Source: a virus
Taxonomy: Duplodnaviria > Caudoviricetes
IMG/VR virus record: IMGVR_UViG_3300028886_001681
Span: 1 to 64,000 of that record
DNA length: 64,000 nucleotides
Strand: one strand, 5' to 3'
Shown: positions 18,405-25,785 of the stretch, piece by piece
Position numbering within the stretch: position 1 is the first letter of the stretch
Layout: the number at the start of each line of letters is the position of its first letter
Notes under the pieces: generated by a model
What the model was told of the DNA's origin: nothing
Database searches by the model: none
What the model saw: only the letters and a program-made list of their open reading frames with translations
Made by a program: the position numbers and the translations under genes

Positions 18405-18801
18405 GGAAATCTTTCACATCTTTTCCTTCGTTGAGTTGAATGTGGAAATTCACTTCATCGGTTATTCTTTGCATGAATGTGGGGTCTTTGATTGTCTCGC
18501 TTACGAGCCAATGCAACACATCATGGGTGTTTGAATTGTAGCATCGGAAGTGTTTTTCATTCAATTCCGTGTAAAATCTAGGGTTAAATTTCATGTGGTG
18601 CAAATTAAAGGTTTTGTTTAATTTCCTATGCGTCAAATAATCCACTTTGAATTTATCACGCATGAATTTTCTAAACTCTTTCCAAATTTTCGTCAGTCTG
18701 AATTTTCCCTTGGTCTTTCCGTCAATCTTTTGCCCCTTGATTGACTCGACGAACCGCTTTTCTTCCAAATCTTTTAGATATTTTCTCTCTTCCTTAGTCA
18801 T
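18394..18801 (-). CDS. HNH-like endonuclease
   Basis: LHHM...Y.EL....F...N..THDVLH; CAACTAT upstream at 18818-18824. Confidence 0.6.
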   Translation of the reverse strand: MTKEERKYLKDLEEKRFVESIKGQKIDGKTKGKFRLTKIWKEFRKFMRDKFKVDYLTHRKLNKTFNLHHMKFNPRFYTELNEKHFRCYNSNTHDVLHWLVSETIKDPTFMQRITDEVNFHIQLNEGKDVKDFLKD

Positions 18802-18842
18802 AAAAACCTCGAAAATTATAGTTGAGAAAATTGTAATTTTTC

Positions 18843-18871
18843 TTGACATTTTTTCTAATTTAAGATACAAT
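18843..18871 (+). promoter_or_regulatory. Sigma70-type promoter
   Basis: TTGACA-17-TACAAT. Confidence 0.8.
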
Positions 18872-18901
18872 TTTCTTAAACTCATATTAAAGGAGAAATA
18901 T

Positions 18902-19087
18902 ATGATGGTCAATTCTGAAAAAATTGATTTTGATTTCGGAGAGTCGTTCTGTGAAATTCAAGACCTCTTGGGCTTTTGCGAAAGAAGAGAGTTCGACAGA
19001 ACGGAGGCGTTGCTAAACATCAACAAGGCGACTTCTAAATTAAACGAGATGCTTTCTGTATTGGTCAAGTTCGACCCTCAAAAATAA
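18902..19087 (+). CDS. Hypothetical small protein
   Basis: SD AAGGAG, downstream of the promoter. Confidence 0.65.
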   Translation: MMVNSEKIDFDFGESFCEIQDLLGFCERREFDRTEALLNINKATSKLNEMLSVLVKFDPQK

Positions 19088-19121
19088 TTCCAACTATATA
19101 AGAACTTTTGGTTGAATTGAA

Positions 19122-20627
19122 ATGATAAAGCAATGGCGAAATGAAAATCTTGGGGTGAATTATTTTTACCTTCCGAGTTCAAAGAACAACGAAATCCTCA
19201 CATCAGACGGAGTGTTGATTCCTTACGAGGAATTCAAGTCTATGACTTCCGAAACATACAACATGCGGAAGAACACCAACGGAGGCTACGACTACATTCT
19301 TAGCAAGCAGAGCGAAAGGCTCGTGAAGAAGGCGGTGGGAAATCCCACTAGAAAGGTTAAGAAGGTCAAGGCTCAAATCGAAGACTTAGACCCATTTGGA
19401 TTCGACGAGAGGAAGGAAACCTCGACTCAAGAAACGATAGAGCGAAATGTTGCCGAAGAAAAAACGGAAAAAAATGACTTATTTGATGAGTTGTTCTCGG
19501 AACCTAAAGCGGAGGAGGAATTTAACGAAGAGCCTTCTATCAAGTTCGAGGACGAAACGGAAGAGGACATGGAAGTTTCAGACGAGAGCGAAGAGCCTAT
19601 CTTTGAAACTTCCGTTCCCAAAATGCAATCCGTAGAACCGAAGGAAACGCGGACAGTCGAAATTGAGGAAAAGATTGTCGAGCCGAAAGAAGAAAATATT
19701 GAATATGAGCCTTCCGTCATAGAAGAAAAAGTCGAAGAAGAGGATTCTGAAATTCAAGAAGAAAGAATTCCTAGAGCTAAGCCGATTGCCCATAGGGAGC
19801 GGAGAAAAAGAAAGTTTCCGAAGGAAAAGAAACGCTTCAATCTGTTCGACTTCGCCTATCCCAAAATAATGCTTTGCTTGGCGATTGTGTGCTCAATCCT
19901 TTCGATTTATTTCACAGGAGTCTATCTCCAACGATTGCAAACCCCCTTAATCGCCTATTCCATTTCGACCGCGATGCTCTTGTTTGGAATCATCGGATTT
20001 CAAGTGGGTCGAATGGCTAAAAAGAGCGGACATAAAAAGAGGGCGTTCATTTATTTCTTGACCTCCGTTCTCACAATCGGATTCTCAATGTTGTCGTCGT
20101 TGGATGTGAATTACTCAAAGTACCAAGCGAACCACTCTGAAGTGGAGAAGTCTTACAATTCGGATGATGGAATGAGGGCGAACAAGGAATTCATCGAAAA
20201 GAGAATCGAGGAGAACAAGGAAGAAATCAACCGACTGCGAGAGGACGCGGAATTCCAAAAGACGCAGTTCGCTATTTTATGGGACAATGAATTGAAGAAA
20301 AATGTCGTGCTTGAAGGAAGGCTTTCGTCCACCGCACAAAACAAGATTTCTGAAGATAACTCGAAGATTGAGGAGTTGATGAAGGAGAACAAAGTTTTGG
20401 GCGACAAGTTGATGGAATACTCCGAGAGCGGAGTTTCCATGACGGAGGAAGGGTCGAAAGAAAAATCCAAGACTTTGACGGATTTGCTGGGGTCAACATT
20501 TCACATGAGCGGAAACTTGATACAGTTGATGATATTGTTGATTCCCGCGTTCTTTGTTGACATCATAAATTTGCTCGCAAGTACGGCTTACATTGATTCG
20601 TTTGAAAAAGAGAAAGAAGAGGAATGA
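19122..20627 (+). CDS. Membrane protein: acidic disordered N-half, about four TM helices and a coiled-coil loop
   Basis: E-rich region followed by hydrophobic segments; CAACTAT at 19091-19097. Confidence 0.75.
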   Translation: MIKQWRNENLGVNYFYLPSSKNNEILTSDGVLIPYEEFKSMTSETYNMRKNTNGGYDYILSKQSERLVKKAVGNPTRKVKKVKAQIEDLDPFGFDERKETSTQETIERNVAEEKTEKNDLFDELFSEPKAEEEFNEEPSIKFEDETEEDMEVSDESEEPIFETSVPKMQSVEPKETRTVEIEEKIVEPKEENIEYEPSVIEEKVEEEDSEIQEERIPRAKPIAHRERRKRKFPKEKKRFNLFDFAYPKIMLCLAIVCSILSIYFTGVYLQRLQTPLIAYSISTAMLLFGIIGFQVGRMAKKSGHKKRAFIYFLTSVLTIGFSMLSSLDVNYSKYQANHSEVEKSYNSDDGMRANKEFIEKRIEENKEEINRLREDAEFQKTQFAILWDNELKKNVVLEGRLSSTAQNKISEDNSKIEELMKENKVLGDKLMEYSESGVSMTEEGSKEKSKTLTDLLGSTFHMSGNLIQLMILLIPAFFVDIINLLASTAYIDSFEKEKEEE

Positions 20628-21223
20628 AAATGAAAAGAATTTTTGGATTGACTTTAGGAGTCACCATGTGTTGCTTAATCACGCTCTCATTCTTTGTCGG
20701 AAAAAACATGGGACGAAGGATTGCGGTGAATTTTGAGCCTAAGAATTTGAACGAAAGCGAAAGGCACGAATATGAGTTCTTGCCGAAGGAAATGTCGAAC
20801 TACATATGCGACTTGTGCACGGAAGTGGGATTGGACTCCGACTTGGCGGTGGCCATATTGATGGTCGAGAATCCCAAATTCGACACGGATGCGGTGAACA
20901 GAAACATCAACGGAACCTTGGACTGCGGATTGTTTCAACTAAACGACAGATACTTGTGGACTGTGTTCAAGGAGAGTTATTGGTTCGAGAACTTGGAGTT
21001 AGACCCCTTCAATTGGAAGCACAGTTGCTATTTGGCGATACACCACATTGGATTCTTGCAGAAGAAGTTGAAGGTTCGCAACGAGGTCATCATGGCGTAC
21101 AATTGCGGAATGGGGGCGGTGATGAGGAATGAAGTGCCTGAAAGGACGAAAGTGTATTTGGCGAAGGTGAACAACAATATTTATCTTTTGAAGCAGAACA
21201 AAGCGAAGATGATAAATTTTTGA
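20624..21223 (+). CDS. Lytic transglycosylase (SLT) with an N-terminal membrane anchor
   Basis: AILMVEN catalytic Glu, DCGLFQLN and MAYNCG motifs. Confidence 0.88.
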   Translation: MKMKRIFGLTLGVTMCCLITLSFFVGKNMGRRIAVNFEPKNLNESERHEYEFLPKEMSNYICDLCTEVGLDSDLAVAILMVENPKFDTDAVNRNINGTLDCGLFQLNDRYLWTVFKESYWFENLELDPFNWKHSCYLAIHHIGFLQKKLKVRNEVIMAYNCGMGAVMRNEVPERTKVYLAKVNNNIYLLKQNKAKMINF

Positions 21224-21243
21224 AAAATTTTTCAAAAAAAGAC

Positions 21244-21272
21244 TTGACAAAAATTTAATTGTGTGTTATAGT
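21244..21272 (+). promoter_or_regulatory. Strong sigma70-type promoter of the RNA operon
   Basis: TTGACA-17-TGT-TATAGT with an A/T-rich UP region. Confidence 0.85.
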
Positions 21273-21304
21273 GCAATCATTGAATGAGTTGTGACGCAAC
21301 TCGC

Positions 21305-21378
21305 GGTTCCTTAGCCTAACGGTTTTAGGGCATCCGACTTTCTATCGGAGGACGAAGGTTCGACTCCTTCAGGAACTA
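21305..21378 (+). tRNA. tRNA, anticodon TTC (Glu) by position, with atypical U37
   Basis: Acceptor GGTTCCT/AGGAACT, anticodon stem TCCGA/TCGGA with loop CTTTCTA, T-arm GAAGG-TTCGACT-CCTTC. Confidence 0.8.
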
Positions 21379-21390
21379 ATACGAAGCACA

Positions 21391-21508
21391 CTCGGAGAGG
21401 CGTTTCCGCGCCATCGGAATCTCCGAGAGAGCGGTTGGAAGAGGGTTCAACCTTATCTGTGGATTTGGTTGTTAAAACAAGACCGTTAGGTTGCGGAGTA
21501 TAACCCTC
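21391..21508 (+). ncRNA. Two structured RNA modules between the tRNAs, the first with a predicted pseudoknot
   Basis: CTCGGAGA/TCTCCGAG, GAGGGTT/AACCCTC and CAACCT/AGGTTG stems; no ORF. Confidence 0.55.
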
Positions 21509-21516
21509 AAAATTTT

Positions 21517-21588
21517 GTCTCCTTCGTCTAGTGGTTAGGACTTGCGGTTCTCATCCGCACAACAGCAGTTCGACTCTGCTAGGAGATA
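21517..21588 (+). tRNA. tRNA-Glu(CTC)
   Basis: Acceptor GTCTCCT/AGGAGAT, anticodon arm TGCGG-TTCTCAT-CCGCA, T-arm AGCAG-TTCGACT-CTGCT. Confidence 0.92.
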
Positions 21589-21590
21589 AA

Positions 21591-21907
21591 AGAGAACATG
21601 AACCTTTTAGGAAACGAATAAGTCAAGTTCCGATTAGGTTTGAATTCCGCAAGTTCTCACTTTTTCTTTTTCGCGGAAACATCATTGGCGGAACAACAAT
21701 CCGTCAAGGAAGACTGTAAGAAAGGAAGCGCGAGTCCCATAAGTCGCGCCTAAAGCGGGTGAAGTGTTGCGGAGCCGTCGCCTTTCTTGGAGGTGAACGA
21801 TAAGAAATCCCTTCAATCAACCTCCTAAACCGAGATTGTTGGGCGGTCATATTTAGAGTTTGCGAGCAACTTGTTCAGAACCGATTACAAGAAGGAAACT
21901 CGCGTAA
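21591..21907 (+). ncRNA. Structured non-coding RNA region of unknown family
   Basis: Stems GAGAAC/GTTCTC, TTGGCGGA/TCCGTCAA, AAGAAAGG/CCTTTCTT, GCGCGA/TCGCGC, GGAGGT/ACCTCC and GCGAG/CTCGC; no credible ORF. Confidence 0.55.
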
Positions 21908-21911
21908 TTTT

Positions 21912-21992
21912 GGGACATCCTATGGCAGAACCGAGACTAAAGCCTACAACGGAAAGTTTCGGACAAAGCGAGTTCAATCCTCGTATGTTCCA
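21912..21992 (+). ncRNA. RNA resembling the tmRNA tRNA-like domain (TLD), without an mRNA-like domain
   Basis: Acceptor GGGACAT/ATGTTCC with G3.U70 and A73; 12-nt stemless D-loop; 8-bp CCGAGACT/AGTTTCGG stem; T-arm GCGAG-TTCAATC-CTCGT. Confidence 0.6.
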
Positions 21993-21997
21993 ATTTG

Positions 21998-22082
21998 GAG
22001 TTCGGTGCTCATTGAAAGCCCACGAATCGCGTTTTCCCCTCCCACCCACGCGGTTCAAGGCGAGCGCCGAACTCTTTTTTTT
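21998..22082 (+). ncRNA. Long hairpin RNA with a C-rich apical loop, ending in a U-tract (also the operon terminator)
   Basis: GAGTTCGGTGCTC/GAGCGCCGAACTC, TTGAA/TTCAA and CGCG-TTTTCCCCTCCCACCCA-CGCG, then T8. Confidence 0.6.
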
Positions 22083-22110
22083 CAACTATTTATGATTTGA
22101 GAGGTTGAAG

Positions 22111-22272
22111 TTGGACATATTGATTCATTTCAAAGACGGATTTGAGATTGAGGTTCGCGATGTTGTCGATAGAAAGGTGAACTCTGAAATTTATAAAGTC
22201 GTGACACAATGCGGTTGCGTCCAAGAATTCGTGACTGAAAAAATTGAGTATGTCAAAACCCTCAAAGAATAA
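22111..22272 (+). CDS. Hypothetical small protein (53 aa, TTG start)
   Basis: SD GAGG; CAACTAT at 22083-22089. Confidence 0.5.
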   Translation: MDILIHFKDGFEIEVRDVVDRKVNSEIYKVVTQCGCVQEFVTEKIEYVKTLKE

Positions 22273-22295
22273 ATCGAAAAAATTTGTAAAATTCC

Positions 22296-22324
22296 TTGAC
22301 ATTTTTTCTAGTCCGCGCTATCAT
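22296..22324 (+). promoter_or_regulatory. Sigma70-type promoter
   Basis: TTGACA-17-TATCAT. Confidence 0.75.
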
Positions 22325-22356
22325 CTTTCTCAAGATTATCGAGGAGTGAATGAAGC

Positions 22357-22635
22357 ATGAAAAGATTTATTATCGCGTTGGTTGCGCTTTTAACATTGTT
22401 GTTGGGTTCTTGTACAGTCAAATATGGCGAAATTCGTTCTATGGAAAATAAACAGACGATTGAGGTGGAAGATTTTATCAATCTTGAACCGCTCATTATC
22501 ACCTCATCGAGCAATATTTATGTGGACAAGAACACCGATGTATTGTATCTTAGAGAATATCACATTCTTTGTCCGATTATGAAGGCTGACGGCACTTGCT
22601 TGACTCTGACGGAGTGGAAGGAGAGCAGAAAATGA
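22357..22635 (+). CDS. Lipoprotein (DUF6440-like)
   Basis: Signal peptide with LLGSC lipobox; IYVDKNTDVLYL...PIMKADG. Confidence 0.7.
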   Translation: MKRFIIALVALLTLLLGSCTVKYGEIRSMENKQTIEVEDFINLEPLIITSSSNIYVDKNTDVLYLREYHILCPIMKADGTCLTLTEWKESRK

Positions 22636-23768
22636 ACTTTTTGTGCCAAGGCGGAACAGTGAAATCCATCAATGACGGACAGACTCATTACATCAATCCG
22701 TCCGAAGTGAAGTCTTGCTTTAAAAAGGCGTTGCGGAATTTCGGTCGAGTCAATGTTTTGTGCGAAGGATACGGAACTTTCTACAGTAAAGATTTCAAGC
22801 CCATAGTTCTCAAACCGAGGAGCGACGGAAACTATTCGATGGTCGACGAGATTTTCCAACAGTTCAAGCCGAAGGAGAAATGGGCGTCCGTCGCTATAAC
22901 AGGAAAGGACGGAAAGCCTTTCTACATCAAGGACAAGGAACTAGTCAACGAAATCATAATGCGGTGCGACTCCGCAATCGTCGGCGTTCAAGGCAACAAC
23001 GAATTGTTCAACAAGTTGATTGATGTGTCGACAAGAAAGCCTCAACCGAATCCTACCTTGTCGTTTGACGAATGGGATGAAATATACGACAAGTGGCGGA
23101 AATTTTGGGGAGCGAAGCCTTGCGTCTTGGATTGCGAAGTGTTCGATGTACAGTTGATTTCGTCTTGCCATTGCGACGGCCCGCTCTCGTTCGTCCATCC
23201 TGAAACTGGAAAGGTCGGCTTGGTGACGAACTGCCGTTGGACTTGGGAACCAATTGAGGCTTGCCGAGAAGAACTCCAATGGATTTGCGACGAGATATGC
23301 GACGAGGACAACAAACTTGAGTTCTATGTGTCATTCTTTGACGAGGACTACAACTACGGAAACTACGGAAAGTTGCCGGATTACGATTCGGAAAAGATGA
23401 GGATGAAGAAAGTCGAATACAACGACCCTCAAGTAACCTTCAAACTTTCCCACAAGGGAATAGAACTTGTTCCGATTATTCCCGTCAAGAAAATGAAATG
23501 GGTGTTCAAGTGCAACAAGAAACTTTACGGAAAGGAATACAAAAGGTGGTCTTTGGTTTGGATAGTTGAAAAATTGTTCAGAAATTTGCAAGAGAAATTT
23601 TTCTATAATGATTGGGTGGCGTGGCATGACTACACTATGTGGGGCGGCTTGGATTCAGTTTACACTAGATGCGAAAGGCACTTCACAATAGACCAAACAA
23701 TCAGAATGTTGCAGATGTGGCAAGATTTTTGTTGCGAATGGCAGAAGGAGAATGAAGATAGAAAATGA
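22632..23768 (+). CDS. Hypothetical protein
   Basis: 378-aa ORF overlapping the previous stop (ATGA). Confidence 0.75.
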   Translation: MNFLCQGGTVKSINDGQTHYINPSEVKSCFKKALRNFGRVNVLCEGYGTFYSKDFKPIVLKPRSDGNYSMVDEIFQQFKPKEKWASVAITGKDGKPFYIKDKELVNEIIMRCDSAIVGVQGNNELFNKLIDVSTRKPQPNPTLSFDEWDEIYDKWRKFWGAKPCVLDCEVFDVQLISSCHCDGPLSFVHPETGKVGLVTNCRWTWEPIEACREELQWICDEICDEDNKLEFYVSFFDEDYNYGNYGKLPDYDSEKMRMKKVEYNDPQVTFKLSHKGIELVPIIPVKKMKWVFKCNKKLYGKEYKRWSLVWIVEKLFRNLQEKFFYNDWVAWHDYTMWGGLDSVYTRCERHFTIDQTIRMLQMWQDFCCEWQKENEDRK

Positions 23769-23989
23769 AAAAATTCTCAAGGTATTATGTTGCTTATATA
23801 AGAAAGGGGCATTATGAAGACCGCGAGGTCGAGTGTATTGTGTTTCTGCGAAAGGATGGAACATTCGGAGAGTTGGACAAGGATTCAAAGTCGTTCGCGA
23901 CTAGGTTCTTCGCAAACTTGTATATGAAGACGCACAAAAACATTTGCCGTAATTACGAAATTTTGTCCGTCAATTTTGCCGAACTATAG
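23765..23989 (+). CDS. Hypothetical protein
   Basis: ATGA-coupled 74-aa ORF. Confidence 0.6.
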   Translation: MKKFSRYYVAYIRKGHYEDREVECIVFLRKDGTFGELDKDSKSFATRFFANLYMKTHKNICRNYEILSVNFAEL

Positions 23990-23998
23990 GAGGAACAT

Positions 23999-24250
23999 GT
24001 GGCAATGACAAATGAGGTTATTTCAAGCGTTTCGTTTGAGACAATCCAGAATGCTATGGACTACGCGAAGGCTTTGATTTCGGAAGGCTATCCGGTCGCA
24101 ATCAACCCCATGCTTGAGAAGTCCATCGAGTCTCCTTTTGAAATGAGAGTGGGCGAATATGTCGTCTCCACCAATTCAAAGAAAGGTTCGCAATTCAAGT
24201 TCATGGTTGTTGGAAGCGATAAGGATTCTTATGAAAGAAGCCCAAACTGA
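23999..24250 (+). CDS. Hypothetical protein
   Basis: 83-aa ORF with SD AGGAGG. Confidence 0.6.
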   Translation: MAMTNEVISSVSFETIQNAMDYAKALISEGYPVAINPMLEKSIESPFEMRVGEYVVSTNSKKGSQFKFMVVGSDKDSYERSPN

Positions 24251-24567
24251 AAAGATTTATGTTCCGTGTCTTGGAATCGACGGAAAGTGGCATTTATGCG
24301 AGCCTCATCTTGATGTCTGCAAGTGCGGGGTGAAGGTAAAGTCGAAGAAGGACAATAAGGAATTGTTCAACAAACATTGCGCTTGCTATGAGTGCACATA
24401 TTGAGGAGGTTAAGGAATGACTGACTACAAATACGAGAAATGGAGCATAGCGGAATGATAGGCCTTGTAATCTTCGGTTTGGTAGTGGCTGCGTATATTG
24501 CTTATGAACTGTCCATCATCAACCACAACATTGTGGAAATCGGAAAGTTGCTGGAGGAGTTGAAGAA

Positions 24568-24744
24568 ATGAATTGGAAGTTGAGAAGGTTCATCCAAATG
24601 TTCATAATGGTGGGAGTTTCCGTGGGGATTTTCGTTCCTGTGGTTCTCGCCCTTCTAGTGGATTGGAAGTTGGGCTTGTTGATGTTTCCCGCCATAGGGC
24701 TTGCGGTCTTGGTTGGGTGGGCGCTTATGTTGTTCGACAAATAA
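24568..24744 (+). CDS. Small two-TM membrane protein
   Basis: 58-aa hydrophobic ORF with SD GGAGGAG. Confidence 0.55.
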   Translation: MNWKLRRFIQMFIMVGVSVGIFVPVVLALLVDWKLGLLMFPAIGLAVLVGWALMLFDK

Positions 24745-24756
24745 GGAGGCAAGTAA

Positions 24757-25269
24757 ATGATTCTGACGCAGAAAGAGGCCAAACTATGGGGAGAGATACT
24801 GACGGGCTTCTCCCAAGGCAAAGAGTATGTCTATCCGCGAGCTTACAACAAGGATTTTGAAGTTGTCGAGTGGACGGATTTGACGGATTTTGTTATCAAT
24901 CAGGACACCCCAACAATTCGATTGACGGGAAGCAGCGCCATTTCGTTTCTTAACCCTGAACTTATCAAGGAGAAAGGCAAATCGGAAAAAGGAACGAATG
25001 AAATAAAATCCTATTGGCATTATGTTTCAAACGACGACTTGCCTAAGCAAGAGAACAACATGAGCGAAGATTTGTTCATAGCGGTTTATAATACAACTAT
25101 GGATTGTAAGTTTGTGACTTTGGGCGCTTACGACAAGTCTGAAAAATGCTTTTGTCGCATTGTGCATGACTCCGATGTCGATTACGAATATTTGGAGGAC
25201 TATGAGGAAGTCTATGCTTGGAAATACTGCAACGACGATGTGCCTAGTTTGAAGGAGAAAGGCAAATGA
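24757..25269 (+). CDS. Hypothetical protein with a DUF551-like C-terminal domain
   Basis: WHYVSNDDLP...VYAWK. Confidence 0.7.
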   Translation: MILTQKEAKLWGEILTGFSQGKEYVYPRAYNKDFEVVEWTDLTDFVINQDTPTIRLTGSSAISFLNPELIKEKGKSEKGTNEIKSYWHYVSNDDLPKQENNMSEDLFIAVYNTTMDCKFVTLGAYDKSEKCFCRIVHDSDVDYEYLEDYEEVYAWKYCNDDVPSLKEKGK

Positions 25270-25496
25270 AAAACAAAATTAAGCAGGAAATAGAGGACTT
25301 GGCGAACGAGGCCGTTTTGGTTTGGAACCATTACAGAAGCCTTTGCGAGGAAATAGGCAGGAAACTTACGACCGTTTCCGATGAGCCTATTTTCGACGTT
25401 ATGTATCAGCCGGGCGATGGAATTGTCGTAGGCGTTGAATGCCCTGAACATAATGTTCCGGACAACATTCCGATTGAGCAATTTTTGGAGGGGTAG
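25266..25496 (+). CDS. Hypothetical protein
   Basis: ATGA-coupled 76-aa ORF. Confidence 0.6.
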   Translation: MKNKIKQEIEDLANEAVLVWNHYRSLCEEIGRKLTTVSDEPIFDVMYQPGDGIVVGVECPEHNVPDNIPIEQFLEG

Positions 25497-25739
25497 TCTT
25501 ATGAAAGTGTACGTATGCTTGGAATGGCATTTTGACACGGAATTAGTGGCGAGCGAATGGCGGATTGTCAAAGCTGTGAAAGACGAGCTGTCCGCCAGGA
25601 AGTGGTGCGGCAACGACGGCTATAGAAGATACGAAGAGTGCGAATTGGAGAAATAGAGATATAGTTCACTCGGACACAAATCATTCAACATGTTGAATCT
25701 CGAACCAATTTTCCGCTAAAAAACAATCGGTAAATTTAC

Positions 25740-25768
25740 TTGACAAATTTTTTCTTTTATGGTATTGT
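25740..25768 (+). promoter_or_regulatory. Sigma70-type promoter
   Basis: TTGACA-17-TG-TATTGT. Confidence 0.7.
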
Positions 25769-25785
25769 TTTTTCGGAGGAAACGG

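Noticed and set aside
21672-21907. RNase P RNA (CAGAACC and GGAAG resemblance)
   Set aside because: There is no GAGGAAAGUCC and no P4-forming complement.
21590-21992. Full-length canonical tmRNA ending at 21992
   Set aside because: The upstream candidate 5' ends (AGAACAT, GAAACAT) mispair with ATGTTCC. The only full partner is GGGACAT at 21912, which leaves no room for an mRNA domain.
21531-22095. ORFs listed across the RNA locus
   Set aside because: They overlap tRNA or structured RNA, lack SD sequences and have atypical composition.
25661-25667. GAACTAT on the minus strand as a late promoter
   Set aside because: The first base is non-consensus and it points antisense into a gene with no plausible product.
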